From Verrucomicrobiota bacterium (GTDB lineage Bacteria > Verrucomicrobiota > Verrucomicrobiia > Opitutales > Cerasicoccaceae), in the NCBI GenBank assembly GCA_039818205.1, contig JBCBUK010000005.1, positions 96,001 through 160,000 of the forward strand: a stretch of DNA of 64,000 bases, given 5' to 3'. The notes beneath the pieces were generated by a model that was not told where the DNA came from, did not search any database, and saw only the letters and a program-made list of their open reading frames with translations. A program made the translations under genes and the position numbers. Positions 47,447 through 57,944 of this stretch are shown one piece after another (the first letter of the stretch is position 1; every line of letters begins with the position of its first letter).

Positions 47447-47783
47447 CTTAGGGGAGTACGGAGGCGGGTGTGATTAGCGTGGGGTAACAGATATCGACAG
47501 CTCAAAAGCAGACCATCAGTCATGCATTATTTGGTATATTTTGATCATCACCCTACCAGAAGTCAATCTGATCCATGATTCATTTTTCTAATTAAATCAA
47601 TACTCCAAGCCCAATCAACCTCCCACAGACGTCAACTTTACTCAAGCAAAACATGTTCATTACGGTCGAATCACCCTCATACCAAAGCAGCCATTCGAGG
47701 GGAGGATAGCTCAACCCCCAAAGTATGAATTAAATTCACTCAAAAACCCCTATTGATTTGGAAAATTTATACAATGAGCGGTT

Positions 47784-47799
47784 TGGCATGCCAATGGCT
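47784..47799 (+). promoter_or_regulatory. Sigma-54 (-24/-12) promoter candidate for nirBD
   Basis: TGGCATGCCAATGGCT gives GG-N10-GC, similar to TGGCACG-N4-TTGC. Confidence 0.55.
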
Positions 47800-48114
47800 C
47801 TATCATTCTAGGTATTCCAATGTCGACCGAGTAGTCGGTCACGGAACGCGATACAAACCCCTAAACCCTAAGAAAATTCTACTTTCTTCCGCATCCAATC
47901 CATCTCGTGCGATCTTCCGCTTTCCTCAGTCCGAGCCATCCAAGACAATTGAAGGCGGTCGCAATGTGGCCTTGGCCTGGATAGATGCGTAAATTTGACC
48001 ACTAAAGCGTCCGGATTTTCATGAAAAAATTTCATTAATTAGTCGGCCGCTTTCTCATTTCGAATCAAACCGATTTCCCGAAGATCCAACTCCCGAACAC
48101 ACCTCGATTAAGCA

Positions 48115-51096
48115 ATGAGCAAACACCAGAAAACAATCGTCGTTATTGGCCACGGCATGGTAGGCCACCGTTTTTGCGAACGGATGGTTCAGTTCGATGA
48201 ATCGCAAACCTACCGCATTGTCACGTTCTGCGAAGAGTCCCGTGCCGCCTACGACCGCGTGGGCCTGACTGCATTTTTTGCGCATCGTGACGCCGAGCAA
48301 CTGATGCTCGCCCGCATGGAGTGGTACCAGGAAAAAGGCATCGAACTTCACGTCGGGGATCGAGCCGAAAAGATCGACCGTGAGCGCAAGGTGGTTAAGT
48401 CCGCCAAAGGAGTAGAGATCGAATACGACATCGTGGTCCTGGCAACCGGCTCATATCCCTTTGTTCCACCCATCCCAGGTGTCGAGAAAACCGGCGTTTT
48501 CGTTTATCGAACCATTGAGGACCTCGAGCAAATCATCGCGTATGGTGGCACCGTCGAAAAAGCGGCTGTCATTGGCGGCGGCCTCTTGGGCCTTGAGGCA
48601 GCGAAAGCGGCTTTCGACTTAGGATTGGAAACACATGTTATTGAGTTTGCCCCGCGATTGATGCCACGCCAAGTCGACGAGGCCGGCTCCCGGATCTTAA
48701 AGGACAAGATCGAGGAACTCGGCGTAAAGGTTCATCTCGGCACAGCAACGGACAAGGTGCTGGGCAACGGCTCGGTCAGTGGCATGACGTTTAAGGACGG
48801 CGGCGAGCTCGACGTCGGCATGATTATCGTGTCAGCTGGCATTCGCCCACGCGATGAGCTGGCGAAAGACTGTGGCCTTGAGCTCGGCCCACGTGGTGGC
48901 GTCATGATTGACGACGAGTTGCGCACTAGCGATCCCTCGATATTTGCTATAGGCGAAGTCGCACTGCATAAAAACGTCGTCTACGGGCTCGTGGCTCCAG
49001 GCTACGAAATGGCTGAGTCCCTCGCCGCCAATCTCTGTGGAGCCACCCGGAGCTTCGCAGGCGCAGACATGTCCACCAAGCTCAAACTGATGGGCGTTGA
49101 TGTCGCGAGCTTCGGCGACTATGAATCCGGCCCCGATGCAGCCACTTCTCTGGTGGCTGAGGATCCGTTCTCCGGAAAATATAAGAAACTGTTTTTCTCT
49201 AAGGATGGTAAGAAGCTAGTCGGTGGTATCCTTGTCGGTGACGCCTCGGAATACGGAACCCTTTCCGCCTTTGCCAAAGCCGGTGACGACCTTCCCGCCG
49301 CGCCCAGCGACATCATGGGCCTCAACGGCGGTTCTGCTGCTGCGCTTGGCGGCGTTGAAGCAATGCCACCATCCGCCCAAATCTGCTCCTGCAACAATGT
49401 TTCCAAGCAGGATATCTGCGATGCGATTGAACAGCAGGAGCTCGACTCACCGGGCGCCATCAAATCCTGTACCACGGCGGGCACTGGCTGTGGTGGCTGC
49501 ATGCCCTTGGTTACTGATTTGTTCAACGCCGAGATGAAACGGCTGGGTCGGACGATTAATAAGAATCTCTGCGAGCACTTCGCTTACACTCGGCAGGAGC
49601 TCTTTGATATCTGCAAGGTCAAGAAGATCGACAACTTTGAAGAATTGCTGGCCCAATACGGTAAGGGTGACGGCTGTGAAGTCTGCAAACCAACGGCTGC
49701 CTCCATCTTTGCGAGTCTTTTCAACGACACTATTATCGACCCGAAACACGCGACCCTTCAGGACACCAATGACCGCTTCCTCGCCAATATGCAGCGGGGT
49801 GGGCTCTACTCGGTCGTGCCACGAGTGCCGGGTGGCGAAATTACGCCCGATAAGCTCATCGTGCTTGGACAGGTCGCCAAAAAGTATGGCCTCTACACCA
49901 AGATCACCGGTGGTCAGCGGGTCGATCTGTTTGGCGCACGCATGCAGGACCTTCCCTCGATTTGGGAGGAACTTATTGAAGCCGGCTTTGAATCCGGGCA
50001 TGCCTACGGCAAAGCGCTGCGAACCGTAAAAAGCTGCGTAGGGACTTCGTGGTGCCGCTTTGGTGTGCAGGACGCCGTCAAGTTTGCGATTGAAGTTGAG
50101 GAGCGTTACCGCGGCATTCGCGCGCCCCATAAAATCAAGATGGCAGTCTCAGGTTGCACCCGAGAATGCGCCGAGGCTCAATCGAAGGACATCGGCTTGA
50201 TCGCCACCGAAACCGGCTACAACCTATACGTGTCAGGCAACGGAGGAACCAAGCCGCGCCATGGAGATTTAATTGCGACCGACCTTAGTGAAGCACGAGC
50301 CATCCAACTGATTGATCGCTTCATGATGTTCTACATCCAGACCGCCGATCGCTTGACGCGCACGAGTGTCTGGCTGGAGAAACTTGAGGGCGGGCTCGAA
50401 TACCTGAAATCAGTGATCATCGACGATAAGCTCGGCATTTGTGAGGAGCTCGAGAAACAGATGCAGTTCTTAGTCGACACCTATCGTTGCGAATGGAAGG
50501 CGGTGGTCGAGGACCCCGAAAAGCGCAAGATGTTCAAACAGTTTGTGAACTCCGACGAGAGCGAGCCCATCATCGAGATGGTCGATGAGCGTGGACAGAG
50601 GCGCCCTGAGTATTGGTCAAAGGTTGGCGGCGACGTTCAAAAACTCATGGTCGACGATCAGGAATTCAGCCAGGTCCGCACACAAACAGCGACTCGCGAG
50701 GTGACGGTGGGCAAGGTCGAAGATTTTCCGGTCAACGGTGGTGCCGCTGTCAAGGTTGGCAAAACCCAGATTGCCGTCTTCAACTTTGAAAGCCGTGGCA
50801 AGTGGTATGCGACCCAAAACATGTGTCCGCACAAGAAAGCCTTCGTACTGTCGCGGGGTATCATCGGAACTCAAGATGAGATTCCAAAGGTCTCCTGCCC
50901 ATTGCATAAAAAGAACTTTAGCTTGGAGTCAGGCGAATGTATCAGCGGTGAAGACTACAGCATCGAGACATTCCCAATCACTATCCGCGGAGACGATGTT
51001 GTCATCGAACTACCGGCCGAAGAGGTGTTGGATGCTGCCCTATCGACCGCGAACTTCTGCAGCGCTGGTTGCTCGTCAGGTTGCGCGAGCTCTTAG
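48115..51096 (+). CDS. nirB: NAD(P)H-dependent assimilatory nitrite reductase, NirB with fused C-terminal NirD Rieske domain
   Basis: IGHGMVG, ATGS.PFVPP, GGGLLGLEAA, CSCNNV, GTGCGGC, LCEHF, GCEVCKP, ESGHAYGK.LRTVKSCVG..WCRFG, SGCTRECAEA; Rieske CPHK...CPLHK. Confidence 0.96.
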   Translation: MSKHQKTIVVIGHGMVGHRFCERMVQFDESQTYRIVTFCEESRAAYDRVGLTAFFAHRDAEQLMLARMEWYQEKGIELHVGDRAEKIDRERKVVKSAKGVEIEYDIVVLATGSYPFVPPIPGVEKTGVFVYRTIEDLEQIIAYGGTVEKAAVIGGGLLGLEAAKAAFDLGLETHVIEFAPRLMPRQVDEAGSRILKDKIEELGVKVHLGTATDKVLGNGSVSGMTFKDGGELDVGMIIVSAGIRPRDELAKDCGLELGPRGGVMIDDELRTSDPSIFAIGEVALHKNVVYGLVAPGYEMAESLAANLCGATRSFAGADMSTKLKLMGVDVASFGDYESGPDAATSLVAEDPFSGKYKKLFFSKDGKKLVGGILVGDASEYGTLSAFAKAGDDLPAAPSDIMGLNGGSAAALGGVEAMPPSAQICSCNNVSKQDICDAIEQQELDSPGAIKSCTTAGTGCGGCMPLVTDLFNAEMKRLGRTINKNLCEHFAYTRQELFDICKVKKIDNFEELLAQYGKGDGCEVCKPTAASIFASLFNDTIIDPKHATLQDTNDRFLANMQRGGLYSVVPRVPGGEITPDKLIVLGQVAKKYGLYTKITGGQRVDLFGARMQDLPSIWEELIEAGFESGHAYGKALRTVKSCVGTSWCRFGVQDAVKFAIEVEERYRGIRAPHKIKMAVSGCTRECAEAQSKDIGLIATETGYNLYVSGNGGTKPRHGDLIATDLSEARAIQLIDRFMMFYIQTADRLTRTSVWLEKLEGGLEYLKSVIIDDKLGICEELEKQMQFLVDTYRCEWKAVVEDPEKRKMFKQFVNSDESEPIIEMVDERGQRRPEYWSKVGGDVQKLMVDDQEFSQVRTQTATREVTVGKVEDFPVNGGAAVKVGKTQIAVFNFESRGKWYATQNMCPHKKAFVLSRGIIGTQDEIPKVSCPLHKKNFSLESGECISGEDYSIETFPITIRGDDVVIELPAEEVLDAALSTANFCSAGCSSGCASS

Positions 51097-51734
51097 TCGT
51101 CCTCGATTCGGATAACGCCTCGCTTCAATCCTTTGACCACCGCATCCGTGCGGTCGGCCGCTCCAAGTTTGTTGCGGATATTCACCACGTGGAACTTAAC
51201 CGTCGGCAGGGATAAATCGAGGTGATCCGAGATCTCCTGATTACTCATGCCACCCGCAAGCGATTCCAACACCTCGACTTCACGATCCGTTAGGTCTTCG
51301 CCTTGGCTGCGCCGCTCGAGTTTTGCCGCTAACTTTGCCGGAAAGTATTGATTTCCCTCCGCGACCTCACGGAGCGCGTCCAAGATTACACTGACTTCAC
51401 CGGTCTTCTTTGTGAGGTAGCCCCGCACCCCGGCCTGAACCGCCTTCCAAATATCCTCCTCCGAATCAAAAATTGAGAGAAGAATGATCATGGCCTCTGG
51501 GTACTTAGATAGAATCGCCCGTGTGCATTCCACGCCATCCATCCCTGGCATTTGATAATCCATCGACACAACATCGGGACGCAGTGTATCGTAGAGGTCG
51601 ATCGCTTCCTCCCCACTGACCGCAGAACCGACCACTTCGAAGTCTGGCTCAATGGAAATGGTTTCGGACAGACCTCTTCGCAATAGCGCGTTATCGTCAA
51701 CCACAAGAACTCGGATAATTTGTTGGTCACTCAT
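51093..51734 (-). CDS. NarL/LuxR-family response regulator
   Basis: VVDDN, MDYQMPGMDG, GYLTK, LTDREVEVL, TVKFHV.NI..KL. Confidence 0.95.
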   Translation of the reverse strand: MSDQQIIRVLVVDDNALLRRGLSETISIEPDFEVVGSAVSGEEAIDLYDTLRPDVVSMDYQMPGMDGVECTRAILSKYPEAMIILLSIFDSEEDIWKAVQAGVRGYLTKKTGEVSVILDALREVAEGNQYFPAKLAAKLERRSQGEDLTDREVEVLESLAGGMSNQEISDHLDLSLPTVKFHVVNIRNKLGAADRTDAVVKGLKRGVIRIEDD

Positions 51735-53872
51735 TAGTCAATGATCCATTGCTTGATTGCTGGCAGGCAAACCGTCACCTTTGCTCCCAGATTAGGCCGA
51801 CTGCTTATGTCGACTTGGCCCTCCAGCTGTGCGATACGTTCCTGCATTCCTTGAATTCCGAAGTGGCCCGCCTTATTCATTGCTTTGGTATCGATCCCGA
51901 TTCCGTCGTCTTCAATCACGATCTCCAACTGATCAGGTCGGTAAATGAGAATAACGCGAATACGGTTTGCGTCCGCGTGTCGAATGGCATTGGTAACGGC
52001 CTCCTTGATCACCAGCAAGAGGTTTCGCTCGACCTCCTGTTTTAACACGAAGAGCTCACCAACGGCTTCGAGGGTCAGTGCGACGCCTGCTTGTTCAGCC
52101 AAGGGCTCAACGACCTCCTGCAACGCTGCCATCAATCCCATGCGCCCAATCTTGCCACTCCGTAGATAAAGGATTGATGACCGTGACTCCTCGCTGCATT
52201 GATCGAGCATATCTTGGAGCCCCTGAAGGGATTGCTCGCTGCGCTGCTGGCCCGACTCCAGATCCGCGATCGCAGCTTCCTGGTCACCCTTATCCAAACC
52301 ATTCACCCACTTCTTGGTACGCTGCATATTTAGGTGCAAAATCCTAAGCGTTCCTTGGAGCTGCATCGCCATTCCGACAAGCCCTTGCTCTAGGTTATCA
52401 TGCAGCTCACGCGCAATGCGTTGTCGCTCCTTGAGAAGCGTTTCCCGCTCAACCTGCTTGCCGATGATACCCGTTTGTTTTGATACGACCTGGCGCAAGG
52501 CCAACGCCCAAATAAGAACGGCAACCCCTAGAACGAGCAATATCGCCAATAGCAGCAATAGTTTGCCGGGTGTCCACCACGGCAGATTTTTGATAACTTT
52601 TATATCGCTCGCATTTCTTAGCTGCAACCAGAAGCCATCGATCGCGGATTCACCACGAGTAAATTGATCCGGTATGAGATGACATATCCCAGAAAGCTGT
52701 AGTTCCACCCCCACTTTTACCTGCTCTTCCGGAATACTTCCAATCGGCATGCGTGCCTCAAAAATGTAGTCATCCGAATGGCAGAGCAGCACCCACTCCT
52801 CCAAGCCCGATGGAGAAAAACTCTTGCCGATATCAACCAGGCGGGTTTCGAGCTGGACGAGGTTCCAGTTCATATTGCGGTCGATTGGTTGCTGATCGTC
52901 TATCCTTAGCGGAACTGGCTCCGGACCTCGTTCTAATACATCTACCGCGAAAGCTCGAAAGGCAGGGCTCAAGGGTTTTGGCCAAACAAAGCCAGCAATC
53001 TCAACCAAATCCCCAATCTTCGCATCAACTTCATTTGCGGTCCTTACTAGTAAATTTGAGTTTCCTGATTGAAGGATGAGTTGGCCATCATTGGCGTGAG
53101 TTACGGTACCTCGAGTTTTCACCGCTTCGAGGTGGTCGATCCCCAATCGCATAAAATCGCTCATGGATATGGTCTTCAGTTGCTCCTGGTTTGGCTCCTC
53201 ATCCAAAGGCGTCAGTAGATCCAGCGAGCTCAGCGCAAACAGGCGCCCAGTGACCTGCCGCTGATCATTGAATAGCGTGCTTGCCACGACATAGAGGCGG
53301 ATCCGGCGAAACAATAAGCCCTTCAGCGCCTGATAGTTCTCCAGCGTGTATCGTAGCTGGATCAGGAGCGAGGTCTGCTTGTGGTCCAACTCGAGCTGAA
53401 TCGACGTCTGGTTCTCATCGACTGAAATTGCCACGAGGCGGCCGGCTAGCACGAATGGATTACAATCAACTTCGTAAGCATAGTAGTCATCGAGCTGAAA
53501 CAGAGGCGCTTCCGGTAGTGGCTCATTTCCAACAACCTCAACTTCATGGGCAAAGACGATCGGGGAAAACCCGCCGGATTCCGTAGTCCCTCGAACCCGA
53601 ATAATATCGCCGAGGCGAATATTGCGGAGCAGCCCCGGCTTGTCAAAATCCTGCGCCATGTAGATGCCGTCGGATCCATCGTGTATGAACACACCAGAAT
53701 CTCCAAGATTGGCGGCAATAACCTGCACCCCTTCCAACGCAACCTCACGCGGCAGGTCCGCTTCCTCAGCAGAGAGTTCACGCACCTCGCGAATGCTCCG
53801 AATCGGGTCATCGTCTTCGGCGTGCAATCCGACTACCGCAAAGACCGCTATGAGTATGTTCCAGATTCTCAT
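51734..53872 (-). CDS. Sensor histidine kinase (HisKA_3 type) with a large periplasmic region
   Basis: Signal peptide, repeated G..V.G periplasmic units, PWWT then TM, ERQRIARELHDNLEQ, EAVTNAIRHA, DDG.G, GHFGI.GM.ER; TAATG overlap with the regulator. ATG 53872. Confidence 0.93.
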   Translation of the reverse strand: MRIWNILIAVFAVVGLHAEDDDPIRSIREVRELSAEEADLPREVALEGVQVIAANLGDSGVFIHDGSDGIYMAQDFDKPGLLRNIRLGDIIRVRGTTESGGFSPIVFAHEVEVVGNEPLPEAPLFQLDDYYAYEVDCNPFVLAGRLVAISVDENQTSIQLELDHKQTSLLIQLRYTLENYQALKGLLFRRIRLYVVASTLFNDQRQVTGRLFALSSLDLLTPLDEEPNQEQLKTISMSDFMRLGIDHLEAVKTRGTVTHANDGQLILQSGNSNLLVRTANEVDAKIGDLVEIAGFVWPKPLSPAFRAFAVDVLERGPEPVPLRIDDQQPIDRNMNWNLVQLETRLVDIGKSFSPSGLEEWVLLCHSDDYIFEARMPIGSIPEEQVKVGVELQLSGICHLIPDQFTRGESAIDGFWLQLRNASDIKVIKNLPWWTPGKLLLLLAILLVLGVAVLIWALALRQVVSKQTGIIGKQVERETLLKERQRIARELHDNLEQGLVGMAMQLQGTLRILHLNMQRTKKWVNGLDKGDQEAAIADLESGQQRSEQSLQGLQDMLDQCSEESRSSILYLRSGKIGRMGLMAALQEVVEPLAEQAGVALTLEAVGELFVLKQEVERNLLLVIKEAVTNAIRHADANRIRVILIYRPDQLEIVIEDDGIGIDTKAMNKAGHFGIQGMQERIAQLEGQVDISSRPNLGAKVTVCLPAIKQWIID

Positions 53873-54099
53873 TCGAGACACGAAAGATTAAAGCAAAGAT
53901 TCTGGTCCGCCAAAATCCGGGAAGCAAGCCACGAGAGAATCAGAAATTCACCGCCCGAAACTGAGACTAAATGGCCCAACAATTCCCATACGAAATATTT
54001 CCACCAGTCGAATTGTATCTAAATTTGTCTCACCGCATCCTTTTGCTTGGCTCAAAATCAAAAAGCCCCTATTCCCTGTCTTCTACGAACCGTAGACCG

Positions 54100-55539
54100 A
54101 TGGACTACTACTACTTAGACGGACAAGAAACCCGAGGACCTTTTGACCGGCCTGGGCTCACTCAATTAATCCATACGGGGATCATCAAACCCGACACCTA
54201 CATCTACCATAAGGATCTCGGTGAGTGGAAAAGGTATCGCGACGCCTACTATGACTTGTTTCCCGAGTCACGGCCTGCATTTATGATTGGTGCTGCGGGC
54301 ACGACCAAGCCTCCGATCGCGCCCGGAGTCAATGTCAACCACCCAGCCGCAGCGGCACCTGGCCAAGTAAAGGATACTCTGACCGAATCCGAATCAGACC
54401 ACGATCCAGCTTCGGGAGTCATGGCGGAGATTATCGCCTTTTACTCCATGTATAGCCTATGGATTAAGGTAGCGGCCGTCGTGCTCGTTCTCGGACTCGT
54501 GGGCGGCTACGTTGCAAAGAATCGGGAGAAGTGGGTCGAAGATGCAATCACGATGGATCGCGGCGAATCGTTCGATGCCGATGATGCGCGCAAGGAGATA
54601 AAGGCAGCCGCCAAGGAATGGAAGAAAACGGCCAAATATGTAGAAAAAGGCCAGATCGAAAAAGCAATAGAATCCTACGACAAGGGATTTAAAGAGGTCA
54701 TGACTCTGCATCACCACAATAACCGAGAGGTAATCGATGGAAACAAGAAGGTTGCTGATCTGATCAAAGAAGCCGTCGATCCAGTGATTGTTGCCCTTGA
54801 TAAAAAGCATTTTGCTCTACTGGACCAATTGGAACAGGGAGATATCTCGAAAAGCCAAGTCGATGCGTACGTGGACCAGTTCCGTATGGTCGTCTACGAT
54901 AATTTTTCAAATAACTTCCGAGAACGGAGGCATGCGATTGACAAAAGTCGAGCCGAACGGGCTGGTAAGGTTTTTCGCCTGATGTTACACTTAGAATATC
55001 CTGACAAATTCTCCGACGAAACCAAAAACTACCGCCGCATTCGAGAGACGATTGAGCAAATGGTTCGCGCGCAGTTCGCTGCTCCGCCGGGCTATATCGT
55101 CGAAGTTGCCTCACCGTCAGGACCCCTTGAGGAAGAGGCGACCTTCTTTACCTGCAGTGTCCGAGTCCGCTTCGACTACTTGCCTTACTACTTTGATAAA
55201 GGGGACGATCCGGAATTCAGTAAATTATTCTTCGATCGCGAACCGCGTCGGTATAGTCCCGACGCTGTCATCGTGAACAAAATCATCGTGACTTTGTTCG
55301 ACTACAATGATCGAGCGCGAATGGAACAACGCGGTATAAAAACCAACTGGGATAACCTTTCGGTCTACGTTGCAACGGTCCCCCCACCGCCTTACATCAA
55401 GGTCTCAAAAGACGCCAAGCCGGCTGAGCGAATCATGGTAATGGCCCGCCACGATGACCAAGTCGCCGACAAACTTATTGAGAAGCTGCAAACCGGTTTC
55501 AAGCTTCCCAAGTTAACAGTCAGCAAGAAAAGTCAATAG
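54100..55539 (+). CDS. GYF_2 (DUF4339) domain single-pass membrane protein
   Basis: YYYLDGQETRGPF...L..LI..G.I.PDT.IY...L.EW; TM at WIKVAAVVLVLGLVGGY. ATG 54100. Confidence 0.75.
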   Translation: MDYYYLDGQETRGPFDRPGLTQLIHTGIIKPDTYIYHKDLGEWKRYRDAYYDLFPESRPAFMIGAAGTTKPPIAPGVNVNHPAAAAPGQVKDTLTESESDHDPASGVMAEIIAFYSMYSLWIKVAAVVLVLGLVGGYVAKNREKWVEDAITMDRGESFDADDARKEIKAAAKEWKKTAKYVEKGQIEKAIESYDKGFKEVMTLHHHNNREVIDGNKKVADLIKEAVDPVIVALDKKHFALLDQLEQGDISKSQVDAYVDQFRMVVYDNFSNNFRERRHAIDKSRAERAGKVFRLMLHLEYPDKFSDETKNYRRIRETIEQMVRAQFAAPPGYIVEVASPSGPLEEEATFFTCSVRVRFDYLPYYFDKGDDPEFSKLFFDREPRRYSPDAVIVNKIIVTLFDYNDRARMEQRGIKTNWDNLSVYVATVPPPPYIKVSKDAKPAERIMVMARHDDQVADKLIEKLQTGFKLPKLTVSKKSQ

Positions 55540-55558
55540 GACCAGCGACCTTCGATAT

Positions 55559-56650
55559 CTATTCGTCCGGAGGCACCATACCAGGCCAACCGTCGGTCGC
55601 GACGATTCGAATGGGACCCTCATTTGAACGAACCACGACAAGGGTTTCAACGTTGGTGAGGCTATCGATTAGCGATCTCGCTCCATCTACACCTAGGACA
55701 ACGCAGGCGGTCGCCAGGCCATCCGCCAACGCGCAGTCAGGCGCCACTACGCTCACGCTCAACACCTGATTATCGACAGGAAATCCGGTCCTCGGGTCAA
55801 TTATATGCGAATAGACCTCTTCGTCCCTCTTTAGAAAGTTTTGATAGTTTCCACTGGTAGCCAAGGCGCGGTTTTCCAAAAGCACTTGATCAATCGTTCT
55901 GGGTCGATCGAGATTAGCAATCGGCTTCGATATTCCAACGCGCCAGGGCCTGCCTTTGGGGCTGACCCCGACTGCCTTGAGCTCACCACCGAACTCGACC
56001 AGATAGTCAACGATCTCATGCTGATCCAGGATCTTAGCAATCGAATCGACTGCGTAACCTTTGGCCACTGCTGATAGATTTAGCTGCAGGCCCGCTCGCT
56101 CTTTCCTAACGGTTTGCGCATTGGGATCGACTGTAAGGTTCTCGTAACCGCAATGCTCCATCGTCCGCTCAACGAGTGCATCGCTCGGCACGGCGGGCGG
56201 TGGCTCCGAAGCACCAAATCCCCAGAGTTCCACCAGTGGTGAGACCGTTGGGTCCAATGCGCCATTGCTCAATCGGGCGATGTCCAAGCTTTTCGACAAT
56301 ACCTGAAGCGCGTGCTCGGGGATCTCAATTTCAACGCTGGCTGGCGCTTCGTTGAATTTACTAACCCAACTATCCGTTCTCCAGTTAGACAACTCCTCAT
56401 CCAGTTGCTCGAGCAGCGCATCAATCTCGGCTTGCACGATAGCTTCTTCGTCAAATTCGTTAACGGGTCGATAGACAATGCCATACTGTGTGCCCATGGC
56501 CTGGCCGTCAAAACCGATGAAATCTTGATCGGACGAAGGCCCATCGCACCCGATCCCGACAAGCAGCACCGTGCTCACGAGTGCCGAAGCAATAAGCGTG
56601 GTCCACCGAGCAATAAGCGGTCGACTAGTCTCGAAACCGAAAGCACTCAT
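55559..56650 (-). CDS. apbE: FAD:protein FMN transferase (lipoprotein)
   Basis: GIGC lipobox, MGT, S.W...S..S.FN, G.LDPTV.PL..LWGF, L.AVAKGYAVD, GGE, WRVGI, ATSGNYQ, SHIIDPRTG, ADGLATA. Confidence 0.95.
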   Translation of the reverse strand: MSAFGFETSRPLIARWTTLIASALVSTVLLVGIGCDGPSSDQDFIGFDGQAMGTQYGIVYRPVNEFDEEAIVQAEIDALLEQLDEELSNWRTDSWVSKFNEAPASVEIEIPEHALQVLSKSLDIARLSNGALDPTVSPLVELWGFGASEPPPAVPSDALVERTMEHCGYENLTVDPNAQTVRKERAGLQLNLSAVAKGYAVDSIAKILDQHEIVDYLVEFGGELKAVGVSPKGRPWRVGISKPIANLDRPRTIDQVLLENRALATSGNYQNFLKRDEEVYSHIIDPRTGFPVDNQVLSVSVVAPDCALADGLATACVVLGVDGARSLIDSLTNVETLVVVRSNEGPIRIVATDGWPGMVPPDE

Positions 56651-57851
56651 GATTCCACATTCGGGCATACATCAAACTCGATAAGCCGATGGACAACGCA
56701 CACACAATGGCTAGTCCTGTCGGCGCTAGAAAAAGGAGAACAACGTAACCGAGGAACGGCGCCAGGATTCCTCGGATACCCGTGAGCGTGGTGTGCACAC
56801 TCATGTAGGCAGATACCTTATCGCTATCGACAATCTTGGTTATCCACAAGTTCCAGGAAATCAAACTACCGCCCATTCCGAACCCAACTAATAGGGCTCC
56901 AAGGTAAATGACGGGCAAACTGGAACCGGTGAAAAACAGCAATATTCCGACGATGAAGCAGGCGTTCACCGCAATGCGCCACGGAATATAATTCCACCGA
57001 TCAAAGAGCGCTCCCCAAAACTTGCTGCTCACGATCTTTGCAATACTTGGCAGGATCACCGTGGCGAGCGCAACCTGTTCATTCGATGCATTGATTCCGT
57101 ATCTTGGGTCCGCGAGCACTTCAACGCGAATTGGGAGGGTCATAAAGTTGGCAAGACCCATGAGCATTTTCGCTCCGAGTAACCAACCGAACACCTTGTC
57201 ACTCCAAATCAGCGAAAAGTTGCGAAGCGGATTCCGAACCTCATGGCTAGCCAAGGGCTTCGAAGGAATCTTTCGGACCCAAAACGCATTTATGAAACAG
57301 GCCACCGCCATCGCGATCAAAATGCCAGGGAACCAGTCAAAATTGGTATCGAGCAACCAACCGCCCGCCGCTGAAAACAGCACCGAACTAAACGCAATAA
57401 TCATGATCACGGTCGACACCCGTTTTCCGCGCTGGCGCGATTCGTAATTGATCGCGTACGTTTCCGCCATCAACGGTGCCTGTTGAGCGCTGATGATATT
57501 CGCCACGACAAACAAAGCTGCAAACCAATACAAACTGCCAGCTGAAGACGCAGCCAGCAGCATCGCACCCGCGAGCACAAGATAGATAGATATAGCCCGA
57601 GTTGCCGGCAGACGTGAACGGCTGACGAAGGACAGAGACAATGAAGTCAGCAAGAGACCGACAAAACCCGCTGAGGTTATCAAGCTCTTGATGCCGATCG
57701 ACGACCAAGACTCATCATCGGCTCCGAAGCCGCGAATAACAATCAACAAGCCAAAGGTAACCCACCCGGCTTCACAGATCCCGAGAAAGGCCGCGCGCCA
57801 GCAATCGTATCGATAGGTGAGTTGTGCGTCGTCTTGAGGTTTCGTTTGCAA
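56625..57851 (-). CDS. MFS transporter
   Basis: About 12 hydrophobic segments, Y....RG, WG.LFDR, YMSVH..LTGIRG..APF. Confidence 0.82.
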   Translation of the reverse strand: MQTKPQDDAQLTYRYDCWRAAFLGICEAGWVTFGLLIVIRGFGADDESWSSIGIKSLITSAGFVGLLLTSLSLSFVSRSRLPATRAISIYLVLAGAMLLAASSAGSLYWFAALFVVANIISAQQAPLMAETYAINYESRQRGKRVSTVIMIIAFSSVLFSAAGGWLLDTNFDWFPGILIAMAVACFINAFWVRKIPSKPLASHEVRNPLRNFSLIWSDKVFGWLLGAKMLMGLANFMTLPIRVEVLADPRYGINASNEQVALATVILPSIAKIVSSKFWGALFDRWNYIPWRIAVNACFIVGILLFFTGSSLPVIYLGALLVGFGMGGSLISWNLWITKIVDSDKVSAYMSVHTTLTGIRGILAPFLGYVVLLFLAPTGLAIVCALSIGLSSLMYARMWNHECFRFRD

Positions 57852-57944
57852 TCTTCCCTATACAGATAAAAGACACCAAAACACTCAACCCTTTCCTGAA
57901 GAAACGATATAGACCAAATGGTTTAGTAAACGAAAGGAACCAAT

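Noticed and set aside
47753..47992. 79-aa ORF in the agarase-nirB intergenic region
   Set aside because: TTG start, spans the sigma-54 motif, and has no recognisable features.
51093..53872. Two-component pair as a NarXL-like nitrite sensor for nirBD
   Set aside because: The kinase lacks a recognisable NarX P-box and has a large generic periplasmic region; convergent adjacency alone is not evidence.
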